Shown in pieces: positions 43,803 through 55,214 of a stretch of DNA of 64,000 bases (positions are counted from its first letter, which is position 1; each line of letters begins with the position of its first letter). A model generated the notes under the pieces. It searched no databases, was not told where the DNA came from, and was given only the letters and a program-made list of their open reading frames with translations. A program made the translations under genes and the position numbers. Origin of the DNA: the human T2T-CHM13v2.0 reference genome, Homo sapiens; NCBI RefSeq assembly GCF_009914755.1, contig NC_060926.1, one strand, 5' to 3'.

Positions 43803-45554
43803 GATGTGAGCTCTGGCCTGGGGCACAGGCGTGGGTGGAGGGTGTGGCTAGGTCTGAATTTACTCAGGTTGAAATGTCTGTGAGCCCTGAAACTCCAGAG
43901 GCTTAGTTCACAGTCACTGGCGTCATGGGTATTAAAGTTGCTTCATCAGCACCGGTTCTACTTAAGTCCATGTTTTGTTTTGTTTTTAAATTCTGTAAAA
44001 TCCTGAAAAAAGTATAATAAACAGCAGTGAATGCTTAAATAAGAGCCCACAGGGAGGAGATACGTGGCTCAATTTGGAGTTCATAAATGGTTCACGGAGG
44101 AAGGGAGGACGTTTGCACCTTGAGTGGGATTTGCTGGCTTGGAAGGTGCAACACATCACGGGTCGGGTGTTCAGGCCTCACCTGGGTGTGGTTCTGCCTC
44201 TGATGAGAACCGGCTTGGGGCATGGGTGTCAGGGAGGCCCAGGACTTTGAATGGATCCCTCAAGAAGAACTATTTGATGCTGATGAACCACACAGTGACA
44301 GTTCTCAGGTCATGTGAGTTTGTCAGTATGATTGTGGCTGATGCAGGATGGTTGGGAGTGGATGGAGAAGGAGACGCTTCCTTGTGGGTGGCAGCTCCCA
44401 GGGTTACTCTCCTGCCTTTCATCATGTTGGGTTCAGGTTGGCAATATTTTTGTGTTTTACTTACTTATTTGTCCAGTGAGTCTTTTCTGATGGGCTCTCA
44501 GATTTCATGGGTTCAGTTCACCTTTGGACTGTTCCCTGTTACATTGACCAAGAGCTGCCCATGATCCCATAAATCAACTGTGAATACTGGCTTTTGAATA
44601 AATGAGTAGGAGCAGAAAAGGTGTCTTAACCTCCCCCTGTTCACCAAGTACCGAGATAGAAATTGCTGAAGGCACTGAGAAGTTTCGGTTGCAGTTTCAA
44701 ATAGGTGGGGAAATCTGTCTCTGTAAATAATGAAGAAATAATTTACAGATCTAGTTTAGAATGGCATCATAATGGGGATATAACGTTAGAATGACAAGGC
44801 TAATCTCATGGTCTCAAGGAACGAAAACAGTTCTTTCGTGTGCATCTGTAACCATAAAGTGAAAGTCGTAACAAAAATGTAACCACTGATGTGTTCCAAG
44901 AGCCTCAACAGGACAGGTGCCAGCCTTGGTGTCAAGGGGATTCTCTGGAGAATTTTAACATCGTAATTTCTATATTGATGTGATCTGCTTCCAGTAATTA
45001 CTTATATGTTTTCCAAAGACACTCAGCTGCCATCTAAGTTTAAAATTGTATGTGCTTTATTATAAGCTCTCATTTTTTAGGTTATGCTAAGAATAAGAAC
45101 ATGGGCATTGGCATTGCACATCCACATGGATTTAAGGATTGATTTGCCGCTTTATTAATCATAGATCTTTGAACAGTGACGTTTCTTCCGCATGCCTCAG
45201 TTTTCTATCCAATAAGCAGGGAGACATGGTACCTATCTCCTGAGGATGCTGGTGTGAAAAGCAAGACCCCGCAAACAGCACACAGTGATCAACGGTGACG
45301 GCTAGCTCTTGTTCTTAGGAACCAAAATGCTCTATGGGAATTAAAGAACATTCACCATTTTATTTGTACCTCACAATGATCTCATGGTAGAAACACTTCT
45401 GTCTTTAGGGCCAGAGAAGGCAGGGTCCAGGCTGCTCTCAGTCCTGTGGGGTCAACTCAGAGTGTGAGCTCAGACGGCCTGGGCCCAACTCCAGGGCTTG
45501 CTCCAGGAGCCCACACACCCCTGCTGGACAGAGTCTGTCCCCCAGCCCCTTCCC

Positions 45555-46385
45555 AGGTGTATATATCTCTGTGTGCATGTGTGCAGGGGTGTAGTGTATG
45601 TGTGTATGTGTGTGCATGTGTGTACATGTGTGTGGGAGTGCTTGTGCATGTCTGTACATATGATGCCTGTGTGCATGTCTGTACATGTGTATGCCTGTGT
45701 ATATATACCTGTGTGTGCAGGGGTGTAGGGATGCAGTGAATGTGTGTATGTGTGTGCATGTGTATTTACCTGTGTGTGCTTGTGTGCATGTCTGTATATG
45801 TGTGTGCATGTGTGCAGGGGTGTAGTGCACATGTTTATGTGTGTGCATATGTGTACATGTGTATGGAAGTATTTATGCATGTCTGTGCCTTTGTGTGCAT
45901 GTGTGTATGTGTGTGCATTGTATATATGCCCGTGTGTGCATGTGTGCAGTGGTGTAGTGCATTTGAGTGTATGTGTGTACATGTGTGTGTTTGTGCATGT
46001 CTGTACCTGTGTGTGCATGTGTGTATATACCTGTGTGGGCATGTGTGTATATACCTGTGTGTACGTGTATATATATCTGTGTGTATGTGTGTGTATATAC
46101 CTGTGTGTGCATGTGTGTATATACCTGTGTGGGCATGTGTGTATATACCTGTGTGTGTGTATATACCTGTGTGTGTGTGTGTATACCTATGTGTGCGTGT
46201 GTGTATATACCTGTGTGTGTATATATACCTGTGTGTGCATGTGTATATACACCTGTGTGTACGTGTGTGTATATACCTGTGTGTGCATGTGTGTATATAC
46301 CTGTGTGTATATACCTGTGTGTGCGTGTGTGCAAGGGAATTGTGCGTGTGTGTATGTCTGTATATGTGTGTGCATGTGCGTGTGT
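45555..46385. repeat. Compound (TG)-rich micro/minisatellite (GTGTATATACCTGTGTGTGCAT-like units)
   Basis: About 830 bp of alternating purine-pyrimidine sequence; source of the C/V/Y and H/T ORFs in the track. Confidence 0.95.
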
Positions 46386-47053
46386 TTTTTGTGGCCGTCT
46401 GTAAGGTTTGTGGGCCAAGCCTGGGTGAAAGCCCGAGAGGGAGTGTGGTTTCCTCTTTGGGACTACGTCTTCAGGATGGCAGAGTCTGGCAAAGTTTGCC
46501 GTGGGTTCGTCTATATTTATTACGCGTAGGAAAGTACTCGTGCAAAGCGTCAAAGGGAGATGTCAGATAACTCAGAACCTTCACTCCTCACAAAGAACCC
46601 AAACTCTCCTTCAACTGTATCCATTGCCTTTTTATTTTACGTTCGTAAGGATTCATCAACTTAACAACACAAAAACACAATAAAAGATGATTCAACATTT
46701 GAAGGCATTTTGAATTTGTGTGCTATGGCATAGCTAAAAGGTAGTTTTAAGAGAGCATCCAAAGAGGCAGAAAGTGCTCCAGATTTATTTGGATGGAAAA
46801 TAGAACACACTTGATTTGATTTCAAAATGTAGTTTTCTGTCCATAAAGATAGCTGGCACCAGAATGAGTTCTAGAAAGTGACTGTGAGGGGATCTGGTCA
46901 GAGGGTGAAGCGATTCGTAAAGGGGAGTGATGGCAAATGTGAGCTTTCTGTATCTGCAAGAGAAAGATGCTATTGGATTGTTAAATTTGCATGTGAATAG
47001 GGATGTAAATAGGTTTTTATAATGACAATCGACGGGGGCAGAGTTGTTAAATT

Positions 47054-48140
47054 GAAGTTCATTTCTTTGGACAATCAGGGACCTTCTGAGGAGACTTCTT
47101 CAGTTCCCTTCCAAGCCTATAATTACATAATGTGAAAATAATGGCCGTTGATGGGAAAACCGTGGATTTAATGACAGGCAATTTTCTGTCTCTGTTGTCT
47201 TTTGCAAAGGCGATGATTTTCTCTTTCCTGGAGGAAGGAAGCGAGGGCCGGTCTTTGCATTGACTCAGGCCCTTTGAGGTGTGCAGGGGGCTCCTCACCA
47301 TCCACAGCAGGAGAAACTACCACGGATGTAAAAGCCTGCTCCTCACAAAAATTACACCCTATTTTACAAGTGTATACTTAAAATGTCAGTTAACTGAACT
47401 CTGTGGGGAGCTTGGACAGATAAACAGAAGAATTTGACCCACACTTTCAGGCAGGGAAACAAGAGGCTTAATTTTCTTTTTTCTATGTCTGTTCAGTTTT
47501 AAAGATAAATTATTTTTTCCTCAAACTGCTATGAAACCTAATTTGAAGGCATTTAAAAAAATTGTTATCTGTTATTGGATTTGGTATACAATTCTGCTTA
47601 CTCTATAAGAACATAAAGAAATCTAAAGAAACTAAAGAACTCTAGGCCGGGCGCAGTGGCTCACGCCTGTAATCCCAGCACTTTGGGAAGCCGAGGCAGG
47701 CGGATCACGAGGTCAGGAGATCGAGACCATCCTGGCTAACACGGTGAAACCCCGTCTCTACTAAAAAAAACACACACAAAAAAAATTAGCGAGGCGTTGT
47801 GGCCGGCACCTGTATTCCCAGCTACTCGGGAGGCTGAGGCAGGAGAATGGCGTGAACCCGGGAGGCGGAGCTTGCTGAGATCACGCCACTGCGCTCCAGC
47901 CTGGGCGACAGAGCGAGACTCTGTCTCAAAAAAAAAAAAAAAAAAAAAAAAGAACCTAAAGAACTCTAAAGAGAAAAGGACCACCTTTGCAAAAGGCAGC
48001 ACAGACATAAAATTGCCTGTCATTAAAGGCACGGATTTTCCATCAACGGCCATTATTTTCACATTATAGAGTCATAGCCGTGGAAGGTGTCTGAAGCAGT
48101 TTCCTCAGAAAGTTCCTGACTTCCCCTAGAAATGAACTTC
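47054..48140. repeat. Long inverted repeat pair: 173-bp arms at 47054-47226 and 47968-48140
   Basis: Manual alignment of the left arm to the reverse complement of the right arm: 143/173 identical, no gaps. Confidence 0.93.
47645..47950 (+). mobile_element. AluY in the spacer of the inverted repeat
   Basis: GAGATCGAGACCATCCTGGCTAACACGG, GAATGGCGTGAACCCGGG; 20-bp TSD AAAGAA[A/C]CTAAAGAACTCTA (47625-47644 and 47949-47968). Confidence 0.95.
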
Positions 48141-48745
48141 TTCAACTTTGCAATTTATATTTGCATAAAAATTTCTACAGCCATTCAATTTGCAAAATAT
48201 ATGGATCTATCAACTGTAAAATAGTTCTTAAGTGTATTCTTTTTGGGTATTTGAATCTGGTGGATATATGGTTTTATGTCTCAGTACAAATCCATCATTC
48301 CAATATTAGTCTTCAGCTTTAATTATTCAACTGTGGAATTCTGATCACTGATTTCTCCGAGGAAGTTTTAAAAGTGAATAGTCCATCTTTAATTATATAA
48401 TATTTCTTCCAAATAATAGAATTTATGTGACTAGAATCTCCCCATCAAGTTTTAGACACGTACGATGACGCATTTTTACTCACAAATTAATAGCACCGCC
48501 ATTGGCAGGAAACATGGAGCCGCCGTCAGGCCTTGGCGTAGCTGGATGGCGGTGTCCCGGAGAAGTTGCAGGGATGTGGCTGAGCCCAGCTCCCAGCCAC
48601 AGAGGTGGGTGTTGCTGAGCCCGGGGAGCCCCCAGACAGTGCAAGATGTTAGGGTGGTCGGGGTGCTAAAGCCACTCCCGTTGCCAACTGCGGCTCCAGG
48701 TCATGCCCCACCCCTCACTGTGATGGGATAGGCTGGGGCCCTTCA

Positions 48746-49142
48746 TGATGGACGGAACATACGTTTCCGGACCCCAAAATCACTCAGCAAAGGTAAGTCA
48801 AGCTGGAAACTGCGTCAGGCAAACCTGCTTCCCATTTTATTTCTAAATAAAATAGCTGCAAAGATTTAAAAAAACCCTACATACCTCTCACAATTTGCCC
48901 ACTAGGAAATCCCTTGCGGAATGTCCCCCTCCCCTTGTGGAGTTGTCCGGACCGAACCAATGTTCCTCTTACACATATGGGTCGATGCCTCACGTCTCCC
49001 TAACGTGTAAAACTGAGCTGTGCCCGGCCACCTTGGGCACACGTCCTCAGGACCTCCCGAGGCTGTCACGGGCCTGTCCTTAACTTGGCAAAGTAACCTT
49101 TCCAAATTCGTTGAGACCTGTCTTCGATATTTTGGGTTCACA
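48746..49142 (+). mobile_element. MER4A-type ERV1 LTR, internally deleted
   Basis: GGACCCCAAAATCACT..AAGTCAAGCTGGAAACTGCGTCAGGCAAACCTGC and 3' end GAGACCTGTCTTCGATATTTTGGGTTCACA. Confidence 0.8.
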
Positions 49143-49482
49143 ATAAGAATTTGGGGGACGGCTCCCAGGTCCTTGAGAAAAGCAGTCCTGGGCCCAGTGC
49201 GGAGGCCGGGAGGATTCACTTCCCTAAGGGGCAGAAAGCATTTACAGCCGGGGGTGCTCTGGGGTTGATGTCCTGAGAATAGGAGGTCTGGGGGGCCCAG
49301 GTCGGGTGACCCTGCTGGGGTTTGGTGGAGTTCCGGAGCCCTGGCCACCCAGGCTGGGGCCCAGGGAGCTTGTCCTGTGATGGTGAGAGTATGTCAGCTA
49401 TGGTGTCCTTCACACAGGGGCCCCCACAGGCTGTGGTTAGGTGTTTTCTGAGCGCTCTGGGTTTTGGCTGTGGACTGGAATC

Positions 49483-50320
49483 ATGGCACAGGGGGAGTCA
49501 CGGCACGGGGGGAGTCACGGCACGGGGGGGAGTCACGGCACGGGGGGGGGGTCACGGCACAGGGGGAATCACGGCACAGGGGGAGTCACGGCACGGGGGG
49601 AGTCACGGTACGGGGGGAGTCACGGCACGGGGGGAGTCACGGCACGGGGGGAGTCACGGCACGGGGGGAGTCACGGCACGGGGGGAATCACGGCACGGGG
49701 GGAGTCACGGCACAGGGGGAGTCACGGCCCGGGGGGGTCACGGCCCGGGGGGAGTCACGGCACAGGGGGAGTCACGGCACAGGGGGGGTCACGGCACGGG
49801 GGGAGTCACGGCACGGGGGGAGTCACGGCACGGGGGGGTCACGGCACGGGGGAGTCACGGCACGGGGGGAGTCACGGTACGGGGGGAGTCACGGCACGGG
49901 GGGAATCACGGCACGGGGGGAGTCACGGCACAGGGGGAGTCACGGCCCGGGGGGGTCACGGCACGGGGGGAGTCACGGCACGGGGGGGTCACGGCACGGG
50001 GGAGTCACGGCACGGGGGGAGTCACGGCACGGGGGGAATCACGGCACGGGGGGAGTCACGGCACAGGGGGAGTCACGGCCCGGGGGGGTCACGGCCCGGG
50101 GGGAGTCACGGCACAGGGGGAGTCACGGCACAGGGGGGGTCACGGCACGGGGGGGTCACGGCACGGGGGGAGTCACGGCACGGGGGGGGTCACGGCACGG
50201 GGGGAGTCACGGCACGGGGGGGGTCACGGCACGGGGGGGGTCACGGCACGGGGGGAGTCACGGCACGGGGGGAGTCACGGCACGGGGGAGTCACGGCGCG
50301 GGGAAGTCACGGCACAGGGG
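49483..50320. repeat. G-rich ~18-bp VNTR (GGGGGAGTCACGGCACGG), roughly 47 copies
   Basis: Direct reading; G runs of 5-9 per unit; two CpGs in most units. Confidence 0.97.
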
Positions 50321-50719
50321 GCACCAGGAGCTGCTCTCCAGGGACTCTCTGCTGCCCTTGCTCAGGGAAGGGGCTTGCGGGGACATGGAGGGAGGGCGCC
50401 AGGCGGGGCCACAGCCAACTGGGCATCCGGGACCTTCTGGTCTGCCTCATGCCTTGAGGCCAGTGGTGGGTTCCTCAGAGGCTCCCAGAGCTCCCACATG
50501 GGTGATCCTTGGGAGCAAATCTCGGAGCCTCAGCCACCCCCTCACCCGCTTCTCCCACGCCCCCTGAACCCATATTCCTTCTACGAAAACCCCATGACTG
50601 TTGTGATGTTCACAGTGGCTTTGTTTAGCCAGAAAACCCAGAGTGATGCAGACAGTACACAGAGGTAGCGAAATCAGTACATAGATTCATATTATTTGTG
50701 ATTTATTGTTCCAACCCCT

Positions 50720-51198
50720 AAAATAACCTCAAAGACAATGGGGCAGGCAGATCATTGCCACCCCACACATGCCCTTCTCTGGATGGTTGGCAGCTGTGTT
50801 TGTGTGGGTTTGTGCAGAGGAGCTGAGGCTGCGGATGGAGGGAGTGGAGGTTGCTCCTCAACATGCTTGATGTAGGGGAGACCACACTGGGTTGTCCACA
50901 TGGACCCAGCGCAGCCACAGGACCCTGCAGCCACACGGGGAGCGTAGGGGCGCTCAGGGGCTGCTGGAGCTGGAGGAGAGGCGGGAGCCCAGGATGGTGA
51001 ACGCCTTGGGAAGCTGGAAACCCTGAGAAGCAGCTTCTGCCCAGAGCCCAGAAGGGAACGCAGCTTCACAGTGCTGGACTTTAGCCCCCAGGAGCTGCAT
51101 CAGGCTTCCAACCTACTGAGCAGAAAGATGATAGATTTGTGTTGCTGCAAATCACAGTGTGTGGTGATTTGTCACAGCAACCATAGAAAACGAATGCA
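50720..51198 (+). mobile_element. MLT1D/E-type LTR
   Basis: 3' end GATAGATTTGTGTTGCTGC...GTGTGGTGATTTGTCACAGCAACCATAGAAAACGAATGCA; 5' boundary uncertain. Confidence 0.6.
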
Positions 51199-51236
51199 GA
51201 TGGATGGTCTGCTGGTTTTAAATTTTCACTGTAGCG

Positions 51237-52116
51237 TGGCCATGGTTTGAATGTCTGTCCACTCCAAAGATCTCGTGGAAACTTAATCCCCAGCATGGCA
51301 GCATTGAGGGAGGACTTTAAGAGGTGACTGCATCCTGGAAGCTCATGAATGGATTCCTCCATCCATGTAAGGGAGGAGACCACCCCCCATATTGTCTTAT
51401 GCCTAGTTTCTGCCTCCAAAGAAAGAAGTAAAAACTAAAAGGCAGAAATGAAATCCACACACAGACAGCCCGGCGCTGCGCCCTGGGCCTGGTTAAAGAT
51501 CGACCCCTGACCTAATCGGTTATGTTATCTATAGATTCCAGACATTGTATGGAAAAGCATTGTGAAAATCCCTGTCCTGTTCTGTTCTGTTCTGTTCTGT
51601 TCTGATTACCAGTGCATGCAGCCCCCAGTCCTGTACCCTCTCCTTGCTCAACTGATCATGACCCTCTCATGCGGCCTCCCTTAGTGTTGTAAGCCCCTAA
51701 AAGGGACAGGAATTGCTCACTCAGGGAGCTCGGTTGTTGGAGACGTGAGTCTTGCCAAAGCTCCCAGCCAAATAAAACCCTTCCTTCTTTAACTCGGTGT
51801 CTGAGGGGTTTTGTCTGTGGCTTGTCCTGCCACACATGGACTCATGGACTAATGGGTTGCCATGGAAGAGGGACTGGTGGCTTTCCAGGAGGAGGAAGAG
51901 AGACCTGAGTGAGCACTTAGCATTCAGCCCGTGACCATGCAATTCCCGCGCCGCCTCTGACTTGGCAAAGCCTCCATCAGCACACAGTTCCTCAATACAT
52001 GCAGACCCCAACCTTGGACTCCTCAGCCTCCGTAGGTGTAAGAAACAAATTCCTTTTTAAATAAATTACCCAGCTTCAAATATTCTGTTATAAGCAACAG
52101 AAAATGAACCAAGAGT
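51237..52116 (+). mobile_element. MSTB-type LTR split by LTR2
   Basis: ATGGTTTGAATGTCTGTCC..GAAACTTAATCCCCA start; ATAAATTACCCAGCTTCAAATATTCTGTTATAAGCAACAGAAAATG end. Confidence 0.8.
51368..51834 (+). mobile_element. LTR2 (HERV-E/Harlequin) solo LTR
   Basis: TAAGGGAGGAGACCACCCCCCATATTGTCTTATGCC...AATAAAACCC...TTGTCCTGCCACA; TSD CATG (51364-51367 and 51835-51838). Confidence 0.88.
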
Positions 52117-52399
52117 ATAGTTAGAATCGGTTTGTATATGCCGTGATGTTTTAGTTGTAAAAGGAAAATTGATTACATTATTGACAGCAGTAACACAGCA
52201 TGTATGTAAGGTCTTATATCAACACCCTTATTCTGCATTATATTTTCTGTGATTGTTGCAATTTTTTTGTCTTTTGATTCTTGGAATGAGCTTTCTTTTG
52301 TGTGTGAGGACTGTTTTCTTATTCCCATCCACAACCTGGAGCTCCAAGTGCTGGACTCTCTGCCCAGCTGGGCCCAGGATGCTCTGACTTTTGTAGCAG

Positions 52400-52747
52400 C
52401 TGCCTGGGGATGTGCTTTGATTTCACTGTGTTCCCTGAATTTTGTGTTAGAAATTTAACCCCTAAGTCACATGTTAATGATATTTGGAGGTGGGGCCTTT
52501 GAGAGGGAACTGGGACTCCATGAGGTCATCAAGGTGGGGCCCCCCCGAAGGGGCTGGTGGCTCTGGAAGTGAGGAAGGGCACATCTCATGGCTCCTGCCA
52601 GGCCATGGCACAGCAGGAAGGCCCTCCCAAGATGCTGGCATCTCCCTCTCAGATGTCTCGGCCTCCAGAGTGTGAAGGTACCTCAATTCTGTATAAATTA
52701 CCCAAACTGCAGCATTCAGTCATAGCAACAGAATGTGGACTAAGACA
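52400..52747 (+). mobile_element. MSTC/D or MLT1A-type LTR
   Basis: ATTTGGAGGTGGGGCCTTTGAGAGG...TATAAATTACCCA...ATAGCAACAGAATGTGGACTAAGACA. Confidence 0.75.
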
Positions 52748-53399
52748 AGACAGGGGGTTGGCAAACACGACCTTTTGTAAAATGTGCACAACACATTGTA
52801 AATATTTATGGCAAGCAGAATCGTTTTATGATAACAGAACCGTTGGTCATTTGTGCTGGAGACTGTGTGAATTGGACACATTCCTCTCACTGGGAGAGTT
52901 AGGAAGCTTCTGCTTAAAATCCCACCTGAGCCTGTGAGTCTTTGCCCTGCAGTCATTGCTAGCAGCTGAGGGAAACCATGGCTTTAATGACCCACAACCT
53001 GGCATGTCTTTGTCTTTTCCAAAAGAGGCCCTGGGCTGGATTCCCCCTTGGTTCCTGAGGGGTTGACCTCATGGCTTGGAACTGCAGGAGAGGCAGGAGT
53101 GGGCCCCTGGGAGGTGAATCAGGGAGCTTGTTTCACGCCTCCCCACCAGTGACTCCCCTGGATTCCCCCATGAGACCACGTGTTCATCCCGTCTCATCAG
53201 CTGCAGAGCTGGGGCTCAGCGACCTGTTCTGGTTTGCACTTTCCACCTCCAGGGGCCTCACTTCCCCTGAACTGTTCTGGTTTGCACTTTCAAACTCCAG
53301 GGGCCTCACTTCCACTTCCCTCATCTTACTTTTTTGGGATTGCACCCCCAATACAAAGTCAGCAAATCCGCTGAGCTCCAGAGAACTCAGGATAATTTA

Positions 53400-53660
53400 C
53401 TGTCTTTCTGTCTACCTATCTATCTTAATATCTATCCATCATCTTTCTATGGATTTATTTATCATCTAGCTTTCTATTTATTATTTACCTATCATCTATC
53501 AATCTTTCTTTCACCTATTTATCCATCTATCATTTATCTATATGGTATATATCTATTAATCATCTATTTATTCATTTATTATCTATCTAGCCATCATCTA
53601 TCATTTATCGATTATCTATCTATCTATCTATCTATCTATCAATCATCTACCTACCTATTC
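53400..53660. repeat. Degenerate (TCTA/TTTA)n low-complexity repeat
   Basis: Direct reading. Confidence 0.85.
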
Positions 53661-54963
53661 ATCCTTAAACAATGTATTGCTCATTTTGCTGTTTATGTTG
53701 AGGCACAAAAGTATAGTTCTCTATTTTTATGTGTTTATAACATTATTTAGCATAAAATACCCAAGATGTTATCCATTCTACAAGTGATTGAAGGCCTCCC
53801 CAACACTGGATTATTAAAAGCAGCGCAGCTGTAAACATTCCTGAGCCATGTCTGGGGCACACATGCAAGGGTGTGTCTAGGGTTTGTATCTGCAAGTGAG
53901 TTTCTTGAGTCTTAGGAGATGCACCTGTCCACTTTAGTAAATAACCGAATCACACCTTCCCAGAGTCCCTGCCCCAGGAGAGCTTGAGGCTCCCTTTCCT
54001 CCACTTCCTCGCCAATGCACACTGTGGGCAGGAGGTTTAATGTCTGATGCGGGGGAAATAGCTTTTTTGGTTTTAGTTGGCATTTTTCTGGTTGCAATGT
54101 CATTGAACATCTTTTCAAACACTTATTGGCCTCTGTTTCCTTGTATCTGGAATGTATGCACATGCATGTCTGTATATTTGTGTGTATATGGGTGTACACA
54201 CACAGTGCTGTGTTTCTATTCCAGATTAACTCCCAGTAATTATTTTTATATTCTCAACAGTAATGCTTTGTCAGTTATATGTCATGCACTTATCTTCTTC
54301 AATCTGCAGCTCAAATATTTCTTCTAATGGTGTTTTCTGATTAATAGAATTTTCTATTTTTAATGTGCTAAGTCAGCAAGCTCTTAATGCATGACTCATG
54401 CTTTTTTATTTGAAGAAATATGTTTCTATCCTCAGCTCATAAAGATATTTTCATACTTTCTTGCAGATATTTTAGGTTTCCTTTCAAATTAAAATGCCTA
54501 TTATATGTGGAATAAATAAATGCAAGATAAGATGTAGGAATCCAAGTTAATTTTTTCAATATTGATAACCAGGCGTTCCAGCACTGTTCACTGCAGGAAC
54601 CTCTTTCACTCACTGATATACAATAATATGTCTGCGCTACATTGTTTGAATGTATGAGATGCTCAATTCCTAGTGTTCTATTCTGTGTTCTCTAATCTGT
54701 TTGTTTCCCCTCGTGCTGTGACTAGGCAATAGTGATTTCTATTACTTGATACCTGGCAAAGTAGTTTCCTAACCTTGTTCTTCTGAGATACGCCGGGGCA
54801 GGTTTTGATCCTTTACTCTCACATACAAATCGTAGAATCAATTTATCTAGTTCCATTATCAATCCTTTTGGAGTTCTTGAATTGTTGTTTTTATATATCA
54901 TTATGGAGAAATGAAATTTCATGCTGTTAAATATTCATATCTATCAACTTATAGCCCAGGCAG

Positions 54964-55214
54964 GTGTGCAATGGTGCAATCTTGGCTCAAACGCAACCTC
55001 TGCCGCCCGAGTTCAAGCGATTCTCCTGCCTCAGACTTCCACGTAGCTGGAATTACAGGCATGTGCCACCATGCCTGGCTAATTTTTTATTTTTAGAAGA
55101 GACAGGGTTTCTCCATGTTGGTCAGGCTGGTCTCAAACTCCCAACCTCAAGTAATCCACTCGCCTCAGCCTCCCAAGTAGCTGGGATTACAGACGTGAGC
55201 CACTGTGCTGGGCC
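54964..55214 (-). mobile_element. AluSp/Sq lacking its 3' tail, within an old antisense L1 (about 53700-55310)
   Basis: GTGCAATGG..ACGCAACCTC..GGGTTTCTCCATGTTGGTCAGGCTGG. Confidence 0.85.

Noticed and set aside
45438-46570. Long C/V/Y-rich and H/T-rich ORFs
   Set aside because: Translation of (TG)n-type repeat
47059-48069. Similar peptides (KLPVIK.T.FPSTAIIFTL) on opposite strands suggesting duplicated coding exons
   Set aside because: A by-product of the inverted repeat; one frame stops right after IFTL, the other ORF starts in an Alu, and mismatches show no evident codon periodicity
49322-50668. 448-aa ORF and overlapping 338/367-aa ORFs with GGSHGT/GESRHG repeats, superficially hornerin/filaggrin-like
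   Set aside because: All three frames are open because the 18-bp unit has no stop codon, and frames swap with G-run length; no non-repeat domain
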